Shown in pieces: positions 50,261-64,000 of a stretch of 64,000 bases of DNA (position 1 is its first letter; every line of letters starts with the position of its first letter). The position numbers and the translations under genes are program-made. Source of the DNA: Podarcis pityusensis (Eukaryota); the NCBI GenBank assembly GCA_964106645.2, contig OZ067048.1, one strand, 5' to 3'. Below the pieces are notes generated by a model, which did no database searches, was not told the DNA's origin, and saw only the letters and a program-made list of their open reading frames with translations.

Positions 50261-53200
50261 ATAGATAAAAGGTTCTTCTTTAGGCTCTTACCTTGCGTTA
50301 TTTATGGTCCACATAACTGTGATAGCATTTAGTTCAGTGGGGTAATAATAATTGTGGAAGAGCTGAAGTTTGTGGATTGTTATTTGTATTTGAAATGATT
50401 TGGTGAATGGGGTTTTCTAATGTTCGGGTGGATTTTATTAGCAACTCTTCTTTTCCCCCGAGAGTTGTGAAGTGAGCAGGATTGCTTTCTAATACACAAA
50501 GAAATTAGATGTTTGGGGCTGCAGTCCAAACCCCTTTTGCACTGGGCTGAAGTGAGAGTGGAGAGGGGTGATGTCCGTGTCACTGAGCCAGCACAAAGTT
50601 CCCTTTTCTGACCCTTCAGTGTGTGGAGAAGCGGAAATGCTTGGTGGTAGAATCCTGCAGAATGCTCCATGGCATTTCAGGGGTGAGGAGGGGTTGAGTC
50701 TGCCCGGGATCCACTGCATCATGAGTCATATGATGACACTGGGCTCCAGGTGGCCCAATGGCTGTGCAAGTTCCAGGCTGGTGCAGTGATTTGTCTGTGG
50801 CTCCAGCTGGCATACACAGTCTGTCTGTTAAGCCCTACTATTTTCTCTTTATAAAAAAAATGCAGGCCATAATACTTTCTTTGGCAAACCAGCTATGTTT
50901 GCAGACAACCAGATGTCAAGTATTTCGTATTAAAATATATATTAGCAGTTCTGCCAGAGTTTTCTGCTTTATTTGAAAAATCCTAAACATGAAAATTCTG
51001 GGGGCTACAAGATAGTTTAGATCTTCTGTGGAAAAAGAGGTCCGACCTTGCAGGGTGAAATCTGACCTTGGAAGGCTGAGATCCATGGCTGTAGGGTTAT
51101 GCACTGAGGCTGCAATCCCATACACAATGACACACCAAGAACAATCACCCACTGCAGGTTATGAAGAGGGAAATGTAAACCCCTGAGGGATAGCGGAAAT
51201 GAGCCTGTTACCTCTTCCATCTCTTCATTGCCATTTCAGTCTTTTTCAACTGTTGGAAGGTAACTGTATGGAAAATTGGGGTTTGAAACACATGAGGAGT
51301 CCTTACAGATACAAAAGGCCCCCTGCTTCAGACCATCACTTTCTGCACACTGTCAGGTGACTGAAACGGTGGAGCCTGGCAGCAGTGCACTCACTTCCCC
51401 TGCCCTCTCACACGTTGACATTTCTGCTTTTATAATGCCTGAAAAGGACTTCAATGGGCCTTACTCCAGAGTAAACATATATAAGATTGACTTGCAAATC
51501 TTATTTATTTATTTAAGCTGTTTTTATATCACTTAATTGATGATGCTTTTAAGTGGTGTACATAAAACATACAGCGGATAAGATCAATTAAAATTAATCA
51601 TAAAAGCAGATTTTCTGGGGGGGAAATCTTGCAGGTTTTCATATATATAGCTTTGTTGCCTAAGTTTAGACTACAGAGCAATATTTGCAACTCAAGATGA
51701 GTAACTTCCAAATAATCATAAACTCCATTTCCTATTCTACAGTCCTAGGCATCCTATATTTCTGATTAATAAGAAAAGCTCCCTATGAAGAGTTACCGAA
51801 CATGACAAAGAATAGAGCTAGCCATAGCCCTTTTATTTCACAAAACACAAGTCTTTGATGTTGTGGGCCATAATTTTCCTTGACTTGAAAAATAATTGGT
51901 GTTTAATTTCCCTCTGTTGCAACATTTCATTCTGATCACAGGAGGGGGAAAAACCCTTAATGTTCACTGTCTCATCTTGTACTTTTACACTGAGCAGAAA
52001 ACAAAAACTCTGATCAAAGTAATAGCCAAAATAAATTCGAAACCTAGTGAGTTGCCTTGCCATTCTGGTGTGCAGCTTTAAAATATGGATCTGCCAGAGT
52101 AAGAGGATAAATATAATAAAATAATCCAGATGATGTTACAGTATTTGGAATTTGACCATGTGGGCCCCAAATGTTGGAATCTGAGAAAATAAATAACCTG
52201 AGCCATTTTAGTCTGTACCTCAATGAGCCAAGCAAAATTCCAAATTGATCCAAAAAGAGTTCACCTATCTCTCATTCACCTCTTACATTCACTAGCTGAG
52301 GAGACAACTCCTATGAATGAGGCAAAATGGCTTCACAACCCTGAGTGGACAATATCCATGGCAATTTCCTGCAAATCTTTTACCTTGTGTGAAAATTAGC
52401 ATGTGTGACAAGCACATACATCAAAGAAACCAACTCCTAGGGGCTGAGGTCCAATAAAATATCTGATGGCACTGTCCCTCTCCCCAAGTTGATGTGCATT
52501 TCCATTCAAATGGTGTGTGTGTGCTGCGTCATGTGATCGATCATGTGGCACAGGGCTTACATGGGCCCCCAATATTTTATTCAAGTTGGCACTCGTGACA
52601 CACATATCTCTTTGCTCTGTGTATAGAAGGAAGCCCCAATTTCCAGCAGGTTCTCAGCACGAGTCAAAATAAACACAACTCACGTCATGGTGTCCTTTGG
52701 GAGGAAGAGCAGGGTATAAATTGAACGAATAAATAAATATATGAATGTGATATCCTCAAGGAAGACTTTAGCAATCTGAATTGCTATGGCTCTCAGCATA
52801 AGCATCTTTTCTGGACAAGGCAGAAAGAGAGAGAAATCTGATAATGGAATCTATTCCATCAAAGTTCAAAAAGAACATAAACCAAGGGGAACAAAACCAT
52901 CAAACCTGATGAATAAAATCATAAGATGCCAGCTAGAATGCTATAGAATACACCAGAAATTCTAGCAAAGCTCAGACTTGAGTGCTATAATGTTAAAAAC
53001 CTACACTGGAGATGAACTCACCACTTATACCCCATTCTCCAAATCCCCAGTTTCTTTAAGCAGTCCTTATATGGCTAGGAGAGCCATATAAGGCATTCCT
53101 TCTTCAGCATGCTGGTGGCGCTCCAGGATGCTAGGCCCAGAGGCCCTTGGGAAATGTAGTTTTGTTCTGGTGCACTACTAGTGTGCCACACCGGGGGGGG

Positions 53201-53746
53201 GGGGGGAGATCTCCCTTTTCCCCTTTCTCCATGGCTAGAGCACCACTGCTGGTCTAACAAGATCGGAGTGAATTTATATTGACTCAGAAATAAAATGAGC
53301 AATTTCTCTTTTGTGAGGAAAAAGGCTTTGCTTATTTCTGTCTCAGTCCTGACCTGAACCAGTGGGTCATTGCCCATCTTTAATAAAAGGGCAGCAGACA
53401 TTTTTGTTGTCATAGAATAAAAATCATTTTAAATACACATATATTGATAATCATAGTTCGTAAAAAATAACCCACCAGATAAGAGGGCATCTTGCAGCCA
53501 TTTCTATATAGACAATGCAGCACATGGATCTAGCTGAATTCTGTACATCCAGTCTGTTCTTCCTGTAGTTGAGTGACTTTTGCAGGCTCCTGTTTTAAAG
53601 GCAATGCACCCATCTCTGTGGCAGTAAAACTTTAAAGGGGACTGCATAGGCCAGAGTGAATTCTATGTAAAATTTAACATAGCTCTACTTAAGATGAGAA
53701 AATGGTGCTAATTTTCACCCGAAACTGGCCTTTGCTTCCTCGTCTC

Positions 53747-53747
<1 letters not shown>

Positions 53748-53802
<55 letters not shown>

Positions 53803-53804
53803 TC
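53748..53804. repeat. (CTTT)n microsatellite
   Basis: Direct read. Confidence 0.95.
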
Positions 53805-56447
53805 AAAAAATACCTACAGAACTTTTCTTAAAGGGTGCACATTCCTTGACTGACTTTAGTATGCCAAAGGAAATTCAGTAGCAATGTCTAGAAACCTTGT
53901 GCAATTTTAAAAGATAAGTGCTTTCATTGTGGGAAGCAAGCATTATCCTTAGGGAATGTCATCAGATGAACTTGTGGGCTTGCTCTCTCTGTATCTCTTG
54001 CTGTTTTGTATTACTTCAGCCATGCAAACTCCAACAAACCTTCTAAGTGTCCTTTTTTTACTGTCTTCCTTGTAAGTATAAGTGCAAAGAATAGTTTCGG
54101 TTGCAAGTCTTGTAATTGTGACATCTAAGTTGCTGCAGCTCTTGGGACATTTGAGCAAAGCGAGTCAGGTTCAGTCTTTGTAGGAGGTTAGGTTGTAGCA
54201 AATGAGACACTACCTCCTGGCTTAGATGAAATTCTATACCAATATGCCTATGGCATGATCTCTGTCAATGCTGAGGAATTACATCTGGCAGCCAAGGAAC
54301 AAGCAAGGCAACATGTCTTTCCTGAATCCTATGAATGGTGCAGCTGAGCAAAAATGGCCTTCTAAAATTATCCATACTGTTGTGGGAAGAGGGAAGGCAT
54401 TTTGTTGATACATAACCACCTGATCCTTAAGGTCTTGGTTGAAGGTCAGGGCTGTGCAGGTACATCAGCAAATCCAATCTGGTGCCCCAACCTGTGGGGC
54501 CACACGGACTTCCCTGCTGCCAGGGGTGTCAATTCCTGGGGACTGAGCTCTTTTAGGGCCCTCCAATATTTTAGGGAGGGGGCTGCTGCCATGTCCAAAA
54601 ATCAGGGGACAGAGGAGGGGGAGTGCAGAGCCAAGTGCTGCGTGGCTTCAGTGGCCGGCTCCCCCTGCTGTTGTGGAGGGGAAGGAGGTCGAAGCAGCCC
54701 CCCTGCCAGTGGCAGCAGCAGGAGCCCGTGGAAGAGGAGACTCTGGCCATTGAAGCCATGATGCTGCTGTGTTCAGCATCACCCCTGTCTCCACCCCTGG
54801 GGAACCTCCTGGGCTGTGGGTCCTGCCTCAAAGTTGCACTACTGGTTAAAGTTGCACTCTAGCTGCACTACTGATCATTAAAGGAATATTCAAATGCCTT
54901 CCCTGCTTTTTTAAAAAGTAGAGATAAATGGATGGTTGTGGAGAACCACCATGTTGCTGCCGACTACTTGGAGGGCAGGTGGCATATAAAGGTAGCAATT
55001 AAATACATGGACTCCCTTAGACTTCTAAAAATTATTTTCTTCACAAATCCATAAAATCTGGCTACAGCATTGCTTGTCTCCTGTTACTAGGCTGCATGAT
55101 AGCATCTGGTTCCACAAGTGTCCTAGTGACTGCCATATTTTGTCTTGGCATGCCTTCTACTCTGAGTCAGTAGGTCTGACACTTGCAGAGGCACTCAGGA
55201 ATGGCCAGCCTCCATGCAAACATTTGCTAGAGCAAAGAACAGAGTCAGTGTAACAAACTCATACGTTTCTACTATAGTCACTCCTTTCAGACACAGTTTC
55301 CCCGATCTCTGGTTTACTACTGTAGAACAGAATCAACCACACAACACAAGCTTGTTGTATAGGCAAACTGTACGTTAATGAATTGACTGGTACTTGGGCA
55401 ATTCTTTATCATTCACATGGGTGTAGAGTCAAAGACAGACACACAAACAGGAGTTTCCCCAAAGAATTCTGAGTGTGTCTGTGGAAGATTTGACAAAGTC
55501 TAAAACCAAATGTCATCATTCACACTCCTGCAATCTCAATGGGAGTAGTAAATCCAGCAAGGCAAGTGATTATGCTAATTTAATACATATCATCCATTCA
55601 GATTTTCACATGGGGACATGGAGGCTAGCTCTCCTGGTGGCTATTAGTGAAGATAGCTAATTGGCAATATAGTGTTCAGTTAGGGATGCTTGAAGAAGTC
55701 AATCTTCATGAATTCCTGAACAAATGACTAATGTGCAGATTGGAACTCAGCTTTCCACTGGATTTCACACCCCTCTGAATGTTGCAATGCAGTTCTCAGC
55801 AGCTTAAGTGGATCAAATCATTAATTAAAATATGTATTTTGAGGGGAAAATACACATTTAAATGTGATTATATGTATTTTGAGGGGCAGTACATGTGTAA
55901 ATATGTATTTAGAGAGATAAAATTAAATTCACAAATTAATGCAGAACTGGCATGGAACTGCTCCATCTTTAAATATGCATTTTTTTAGAAGATACAAATG
56001 TAAATAAGCATTTTTAGTGGGTGGGTATACTTGAAACTTCACAGATTAATGTAGAGTCAGAATGGAATGGAGTTATGGGTAGAAATGTGAAAAAGTGACA
56101 TGCACTGGAAATAGGCAGATTTGCATATCCCAGTGTTCACTGATAGCACACCTTCCAGAACAAGATGTTGGAGGCAGACTATGACAGAGTGGCGATCATG
56201 CACCACTTTTGGGGTTCCAGAAGAATCTGGAACCTCAGTGTTGGAAAGAGAATACTGGGCTTGGGGTCCTTTAAGTAGAAAAAAGACTATTGATTTCGGC
56301 CCAGACTTCTTCCCCTATTGAAGCTTGAGCCAGCCAGAGAACTGATGCTGCCGTACCCATCACATCAATGTATTTCAGAAGCTGAAACTATGGGCAGCAC
56401 AGATTAGATGCATGACTACTGCCACACTTGAAGCTCTTTGTGATGAC

Positions 56448-56760
56448 ACAGAATCATGGAAGTGTAGAGTCATCTAGTCCAACCCCCTGCAGTGCAGGAA
56501 TCTCCACTAAAGAGCCCATAACAGATGGGCAGCCAACCTCTGCTGAAAAACTCCAAGGAAGGAGAGTCGCCCATCTCTCATGGGAGTCTCTTCCACTGTT
56601 CTTACTGTTAGAAAATTCCTTCCTGATGGTTAGTCAGAATCTCCTTTCTTGTAACTTAAAGCCATTGGTTTGGGTCCTACCCCTCCTTGCCCTCCACCAG
56701 GGCAGGAGAAAACAAGCTTGCTCCATGTGATAGCCCTTTAGATATCTGAAGATGGCTATC
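56448..56760 (-). mobile_element. CR1 LINE 3' fragment
   Basis: CATCTAGTCCAACCCCCTG...AAAACTCCAAGGAAGGAGAG...GAAGATGGCTATC resembles the reverse complement of a reptile CR1 3' end. Confidence 0.65.
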
Positions 56761-59700
56761 CTGGCAAGCCTCTAGCAGATACTGAAGTATTGTATGTGCT
56801 GTGTGGACATGAAATCCAAATAGGCAACAGAACCAGAGGAAATTGTCCCCACCAATTACCTGCACATTTCCTTATCTGAGTTGTCATTTACAGTGATGTG
56901 GATAGGAGTGGAAGCCACATGATTACAGCTGATTTGGGGAATACTTTCTGACTGAAGTGAGCTTTGGAGGGAAAAGAAAGGCACCCTGGCTGCCAGATTG
57001 CAAGGTCAGCTGCAGAAGAAAGCATCACTGCTGGGTTTCTAATCTTGAGTCTTGTGCTCATTAATAATACAAAATACAACATCAAACCTTTCTAAAACAA
57101 GAAGCCAAGAACTTCACTTTAATCACTCTGTCAGCACTTCTTGTTTGCGCTCCCAGAGACCAAGACTGCGCTCGGCGACAAAAAGAGTGCATCCATTTTT
57201 TAAGTCATTCTTCTAAACACACCAAAGGCTTCTGTTTCGAAGTGCAGCCAGTGAATAATGCATGCGAAGGCCAACTTTTGTTAATGTAAGGAGGGAAGGA
57301 AGAGATTTTAGCTGACTGAAAGGTCACTGCTGTGGTCTGGGAAATAAACTTAATTGGGGAGATGTAACAATAAAGGTAATTGTATTTTGCAGCTTTCTCA
57401 AGCTATGATCTCTCAGAGTGCACATAGGCACACACACCCACACCCACACACACCCTGGTTTCATTAAATGGTGAAGTTGTGGGGTTTTTTTTTTGCAGTA
57501 TATGGTAGGAAAATGCATGGGACCCATGATTTAACTTGTATCTGTGCATTTTAAAAAGTCTGGAGTGTCCAAATCACTCTGTACACTTGCCACTGCTGTC
57601 TTTGTTTCAGGTTCAAAGTCACTCCATATAAAACAAAGCTCTGTGTTCTCTCAGTCACTATAGAGAAGAATCAAAAAGAGCTATAACTTTCCCTTTTTGG
57701 ACAAAGTGGATGAAACTTACTGGCAAATGGGCCTTTTCAGAGTGAATTAAGTCTACCAAATTGCAGGCAAATGGGTTTAGGAGCTAGGGGACAGGGAGTA
57801 AAAGGGAATTTCCTTTTCCCTCTACTCCCTTATGATGGGAGGAGTGGGGGAACTGTCTCTTTCTTACTTTAAGGTAAGTAAGAGGTAGACGAGTGATGTG
57901 TATTATTGCTTGTGCATTTTTAAAGATTCCTACTAGTCTAAATGTATATTGTCCCTTTAAAATCACTCCTGGAGTAAAAGCAGATTTAGCTTCAATAAAA
58001 CCTTTGGAGGGAGGCCCAAGTTATGTACCTGCAGGTACAAGCAATTAGGCTAACAGGGGTGAGGCCTTTATAGCAGTGGCCCCATGTTTATGCAACTCTA
58101 CTCCAGCTGAGTTTGTATGGCTTCATAACTGCAAGCCTTCAAAGGGGTGCTAGAGACCTAAATGTTCCAAATGGTTTTTTCTTCTTTAGAAGTATATTTC
58201 ACTGCTCTTAATTTATTACACAACCTTTCTACACTGCTTAATTGCAATAAAATATTTAAGCAGTTTCCAGAAAGAGCTAGTATGGAATTATTCTGTTCAT
58301 TTTAATGATTTTATCAGCCCAAGTCGGGTGGTTTTATTTGTTGCTATTTTTATGCTGCTACTTTCCAATGTTAGTCATATCCCAGGGATGAGACAGGGCT
58401 TTAGGGTTTCTCCCATATGTAACATCCACTTCATCAAGAAATCTTTGGATATCCTTCTTACTCCTCTCAGGAAGATACTGTCATCCTGTGTTTAGGGTCA
58501 ATGCTGCAATGATTCCCTACTCTAAGCATCATTTGAGTGGTGAATGGACCCAACATCACAGTAACCTTCCAAGGCACACTTCTGCCCTACTCACAAGTAG
58601 GGTATCCGAAAATTCTGTTGGAACCAGAAATGGAAGTGGAAACTGATAGAATTTGCATGTTCTGAAGTCAGAATGGAAATTAGGCAAGTAAATATGAATG
58701 TCATTTGTTTGTTTGTTTGTTTTTGACTGCAAATGTTATGTAAACAATTGTGTTATTTTCTGCATTTTTTTTTACATTTTCCTACCATTGAAATGCATTG
58801 AAATTAAGTAATTAATTATGTTTCAACTATAGGAGATAGCTATAACTAAGAAAGGTTTTAGTGGAAACTGAAATGTGATGGAATGGAAACACAGCAGATT
58901 GTGATGAACACAGAATGAGATGAAAACCAGTGCCTCCTTCCACCTCTACTCATGACTCAAGGCACATCAGTGTGTCCTGTTGACACTCAGTCTGGGAATC
59001 ACTGAGATATCAAAATAAATGAATCAAGAGGATAACTCTCTATTTTCTCTGCTTTTCAAAGCCATCATTATGCACAGTGCAGTAGCAAAACACACACATT
59101 TATTGTTGATTTTTTTATTGCTAAATCCCTTTGGGATGTTTTATGGGAAGCAATAAACAATTGAGGGGGGGGGGACAGACTGCTAAGGAGGACTGGGATC
59201 ATGTCCCCACATGGACATACATCACCTCTTGGGTGACCTTGAGCCAGTTCTCTTAACCATGCTCCCAGGTTGTTATAAGTGGAGGGGGAGTAAATATCCC
59301 CATGTACATAAGGGACATGTAATGGAGTATTCTTGTTCACTGTTTCAGTCAGCCAGTCAGCCATGCCCTCCCCAATGGTACAGTACTCCATTCCACTTCA
59401 TTCACCCTCCCACAACAGCAAGTCAGTATTCTGTAGCTGCTAAATGCACACTGCCGTTATTTGGCTATTGGTTTTCCCCCTCCCTCTTAGCCCCCTCCCC
59501 AAAACATTATTCATACTTCTACAAACTTTGGAGTTGCATGAAGTCTGCTGATATCCTTCTATTGTTTTTGAGAGATGCTGTTCTAGCTGTATAAGGAGTA
59601 GCACACAAGTCCTAACACAGGATATAGAAGGGATGGTTTGGCTCATGATACTCATGTTAACTCAAGGACTAAATTCAGAGTGTGGTGAGGGAGAGGACTA

Positions 59701-62700
59701 CACAGGACAGTGAAGGGAGCCACTCTTCACTGCAACATTTTTAGAAATGAGGTTAATTAAATACGGTTGTAAAACCTTAGAAATAAGATTAATTAAACAG
59801 GGCTGGGATTCTTCTCCTGAAAGTCACCCAGCCAGCAATCATGAGTAGAGGTTTGGAAAATGCAATGTCAAGGTGGCTCCTGGTACTTTGTCTATAGTAT
59901 CTATCTGTCTCCTAGGGGTATTTTTTTCCTTCACTGTGGAGGTTTGACTTCCCTGCAAAATCTTATGTGGAGATGGCTCACTTGTAGTTCCCAACCTGAG
60001 GGAACAGAAGGAGTCTTGTGAAATGAGAGGAAGAGGTTGATCGGTCTCCTAAACATTGTAGAAAAATCTGGATTCATCTTGCTGGATGGGTACTACCATT
60101 GTAGAAAGTGAGACCTCTTAGTGGAGGCTCACCAAAGCCAAACATACATTCCGCCTGATGTCCATGATAATCACACAGAAATCACACTTGGAGCTCTCCA
60201 GGAGTAAGTCTGAGAATGGTTTATCCCATCAAAATCTTAAGGAACTAATCAGTTGCCAAGGGTGACTTGCGGCATTGTGAAAAATCAAAGAAAAGCTCTA
60301 AATTGTACATTAGCAGTAATGGCAATACTTTTCATTTATAGAATGCTTTCAAGTAGCCCTAAACTTTGCAAAGGACTTGATGCATTTATGTGTGTGATAA
60401 ATGAGAGTCGATGCTCCAAGCACCCCTAAAACAATAGGGATTGTAATAATTATTACCACAGGTTATAATTATAGTTGATTTGATTAGCGGAATGAAACAT
60501 AAGTGCAATACAAAAAAAAAAAAAAAAAAAAAAAAGGAGGGGCGGGGGAGAAAATAAGATGAGTCACTGAAGATAACTGAAAGTCTTCTATGTCTCAGGT
60601 CAGGCAGTATCTGAAGGCCAGGATCCAAAGAGCTATTTCCCCCCTTTAGAGGGCAGAACCCACACCCTCGTCCATCCATGTATCCAAACTTTTAAAAGAA
60701 GTTAATGGGCACAAGCAGATGCTCTTTGAAAAGAGCTGCCTTGGAAATTGGGAACTAGTTGTGCAGTTCTTTGAAGACAGGCTAAAGCATTTTCATGACT
60801 CTTGGGGACTCTCTCTCTCTGCCCACTACACACACATATGTAAACACAGAGCTTCTCATACATGTATCAACTCTCCGAATCACCTGAAATGAAATGCACC
60901 TCTGTTAGTCATGCCTATTAATTTCAATGGGTCTACTCTGAATAGGAATAGTATTGGATTCAGTCTGATGATTCTAGATAATAAACTACAGGTTCTCACA
61001 AGTTGGTAGTTAATCAAATAATCCAGTGAGGAAAGTATAACGAGAATCATAATAACATCCTCTAGGTATCTAATTCTAACAAGTGTGTGATTCTCTGACA
61101 GACAATGTACAAATCAATCCTGCTTCCTAGTGAGGAAAAACTTAATTTCCTAGACAATATTTTTTTAAAAAAAGAACTTGGAACAATCAAAATATTTTTC
61201 CTCTTTTCTTTTCTCTAACCAGTAGATTGTGTATGACCATGGTAAAACACTAAGCTACTTTCTATAATATTCTTAAATCCTTAAATTATAATCACATTAC
61301 CGTTGTGAGAAATAGCATCTTTATTAAAATGTCTTAATGGTGTGCTTATAATGACCTTTCATGCCATATTTTAATGCTCATTTAGATGAGGGAAAATATA
61401 GTCCTTTAAACCAGATTCTCTTTCTGCACCATTCTTATGCATAATGCAATTACAATGACTTTCTGCACCTCCAAAGTACTAACATTTTCTATAACTGCAG
61501 AGGGGAGAAAAACATCCTGAATTCAAAGTACTGTACATGACAGACAGATCTTAGTACTATATCTCTTATTGCTTAAAATGATAGTGAGTAACAAGAGACT
61601 GCACTTGCATTTTCATTTTGGGTGGTTATACCTTCCTTATTACCCATTCCTAGCTTCACATTTCACTGGACATAATGATTTCTTATCATTCAGTTGAAAA
61701 GATCCAAGAGAAGCTGTAATACTAGGCTTAGTAAGAAGCATCCAGACAGCAGAAACATAATAATACCAGCAAACAGGTGCCAAACTATGGCACTTTGACA
61801 GTCTCTGATAAGGCACTCTTACTGGGTACAACTTTAGTTGATATCTCCAAGAGAAGAAAGGGAACTTGAAACCCCCACATACATGCCCATACACCCCAGC
61901 AACCGCCTGGTTCAGTTCCTATTACTTTTCCATTAGTATCTGCTGGACAACAAAGAGTTCTCCTTCCCTTCCCAACTGATATATTTTTCTTTGGCGATGC
62001 TGAAGGGCAGGGAGCTTCATTAATATATAGTTAAGTATTTGCGTGTGTGTATGTGTGTAAAACACTCTTTCCCTTTCTTTCCTCTGCCAGTAGATCTACC
62101 TGGAAATCTTTATAACAAAATTCTCTCTTCTTCTCTCTCTACTTCATCGATCTAATGCTTTAATTGGCAGTCAGTAATGTCTGATGCGAAAATAATGGTC
62201 TTTTAAATACCTGGGAATGAAAAGCAAATTAAGTTAGCACAGTGTAAGAGGCAAGTAATTACATCATGTCAATTCTGTTTTATACAGTTTAGTCTTTAAA
62301 CAGCATGCACAAAAAAGGACATGTCTGGGAGAAAATATGAATCCCATTTCTTCAGGTGACTCAGATGCTTTTTCCTCAGTAAGGAAAGGGGATTATTACA
62401 CGTAACAGCAGGCTTTTAGCTGAAATGTGTCTCAAATGCAGCTGCTAACGCCATTAGTTTGTGTATATTTAAAGATTTCCCGTCCTCCCATCACTTTGAA
62501 GTGTCAACAACCAGAGGTGCTAAGATGGTCCTCACTGATTGGATTGGGAAATGGTTTGTGTTTGAAATAAGAATTTCAGCTCCTGTAACTATGAGAAAAC
62601 AGAAGTATGAGTATGAAAAATGAAAACAAAAGAAGTAAAATGAGAAAGATACATTGAAATGGGCATTTTGTGGCAATTTTGTAAGCTGGCACATGATTTC

Positions 62701-63454
62701 TCTGGAGACCCTTCAGAAGATAAAGAAAAAGCTTTTACTGGCTCAGGATAGGGATGTCCTGGTAATCTACTAGATGCAATCTCTGATATGGATATTAGCA
62801 TTTTCCTGGTGCAATCCTGCACAGCCCTGATGTCTGATTATACCAGATTTAATTTTGATTGGGGGTGGTGGTCAAACTCTTAGTGGAAATCTCTGCAGAA
62901 ATAAAGGGAATGTTTTGCACACTTTTAGCTCATGTCTTGGGTCACTAGATTTTCTGCACTACTATGACACAGAACACACATTATTTGCTTAATTACATGT
63001 CATTATTTGTTAAATACACCTGCCAGGAACTTGTGACTGACCACAGCTCCCTGCTGAGTGGATCCTCAGCGGCAAAGCAAAGATCACCTCTGCGGAATGG
63101 CTCCTAGTCTCAGGGATCTGGGAATGACTGTCAGAGAGAAGGTCACACCTTTTGGCTCATACTCCTATACTATTGGGTTGTTTTTGTTCTCTCTCTTTGT
63201 ATCTCCATTCCATGGACTCCTGGGATGCCCTTTCATGAGAAACCAATTGCATTTGGCCTTGTCCATAAAGCTTTTTCCTAACCCACCTTGAGTCCTGGTG
63301 TGTGAAAAAGGTAGGGCATAAATATGATAATGATCATTAATAATAATAATAAAATAAGCTTTTCTTCTTTCCCTCCTCAGAATGAATCAGGTACTGTAAT
63401 GAACCCCTTCTTATTCTCAAATAATTCTTGTAAATTTTAAAGTTTAAAACAGGA

Positions 63455-63635
63455 GCTGGTGTAGTGTAGTGGAGTATCAGACCAGGGTTCAAGCCCCAAC
63501 TCAGCCATGAAGCTCACTGGGTGACCTTGGGCCAGTCACTCAGCCTAACCTGCCTCACAGGATTGTTGGGAAGATGGAGAGGAGGAGAACCATGTATGCC
63601 AACTTGAGCTCTTTGAAGGAAATATGGGGTATAAA
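63455..63635 (+). mobile_element. tRNA-derived SINE (MIR/Squam3-like)
   Basis: GGTGTAGTG A-box remnant, GGTTCAAGCCCC B-box, and core GGGTGACCTTGGGCCAGTCAC. A related reverse copy lies at ~14310-14490. Confidence 0.6.
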
Positions 63636-64000
63636 TCTAACTTGTTTGATCCCAGATCCCATAGTTCCTTCCAAAACAAGGGATGCTGGGAAGGAAAGTA
63701 TGGTGAGAATATTAACAACATAATGTCAGCAACTTCAGATCTAATATATGGTGGGAAATAAAAAGTGAAACATCATCATTTCATCCTACAGGTCTGGATT
63801 GCATGGAATCTGGAAGTGGAAGCATGCCAGAATGGATATTTTGAAGCTCTTGATTATATTCAGAAAGCTTTGGGAAGAATAAAGTCACTATCGTATTTAT
63901 TCTACGTGACAAATTAGACCTTCAGATACTCTTTTTCAGACTCATTGACTTCCAAGCATGGCAGCAATGGCATTACTACAAAATGAGCGCTTGACCAAAT

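Noticed and set aside
50045-64000. Search for the RORbeta1 first exon (ATGCGAG|GT) or another gene
   Set aside because: No CpG-island promoter or convincing exon was seen; the region reads as intron with scattered repeats.

Overview
Eukaryotic, repeat-rich vertebrate DNA. It is almost certainly a squamate lizard, because it carries several Sauria SINEs; a lacertid is likely but is inference. The whole window lies within the nuclear receptor gene RORB (NR1F2) on the minus strand. Five coding exons can be placed with exact GT-AG boundaries and consistent phases: a 40-nt alternative first coding exon matching the retina/pineal isoform RORbeta2 (50005-50044, missed by the ORF track), two zinc-finger DBD exons (35113-35198, 32153-32294), the hinge exon (23298-23699) and the first LBD exon (1613-1734). 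The remaining LBD exons and the RORbeta1 first exon were not found and should lie outside the window. The introns hold Sauria SINEs, L2 and CR1 fragments, Tc1/mariner-pogo and hAT MITEs, a solo LTR, a decayed Gypsy pol, a 1.7-kb non-coding L1-type insertion and microsatellites. The most striking non-coding structure is a young Penelope-type insertion at 12.7-12.9 kb. It is a perfect 93-bp inverted repeat carrying a minimal hammerhead-ribozyme motif on each strand, nested in a DNA-transposon MITE with a 10-bp target-site duplication. Nearly all other listed ORFs are chance or repeat-derived. I see no bacterial-type or wholly new protein-coding system.
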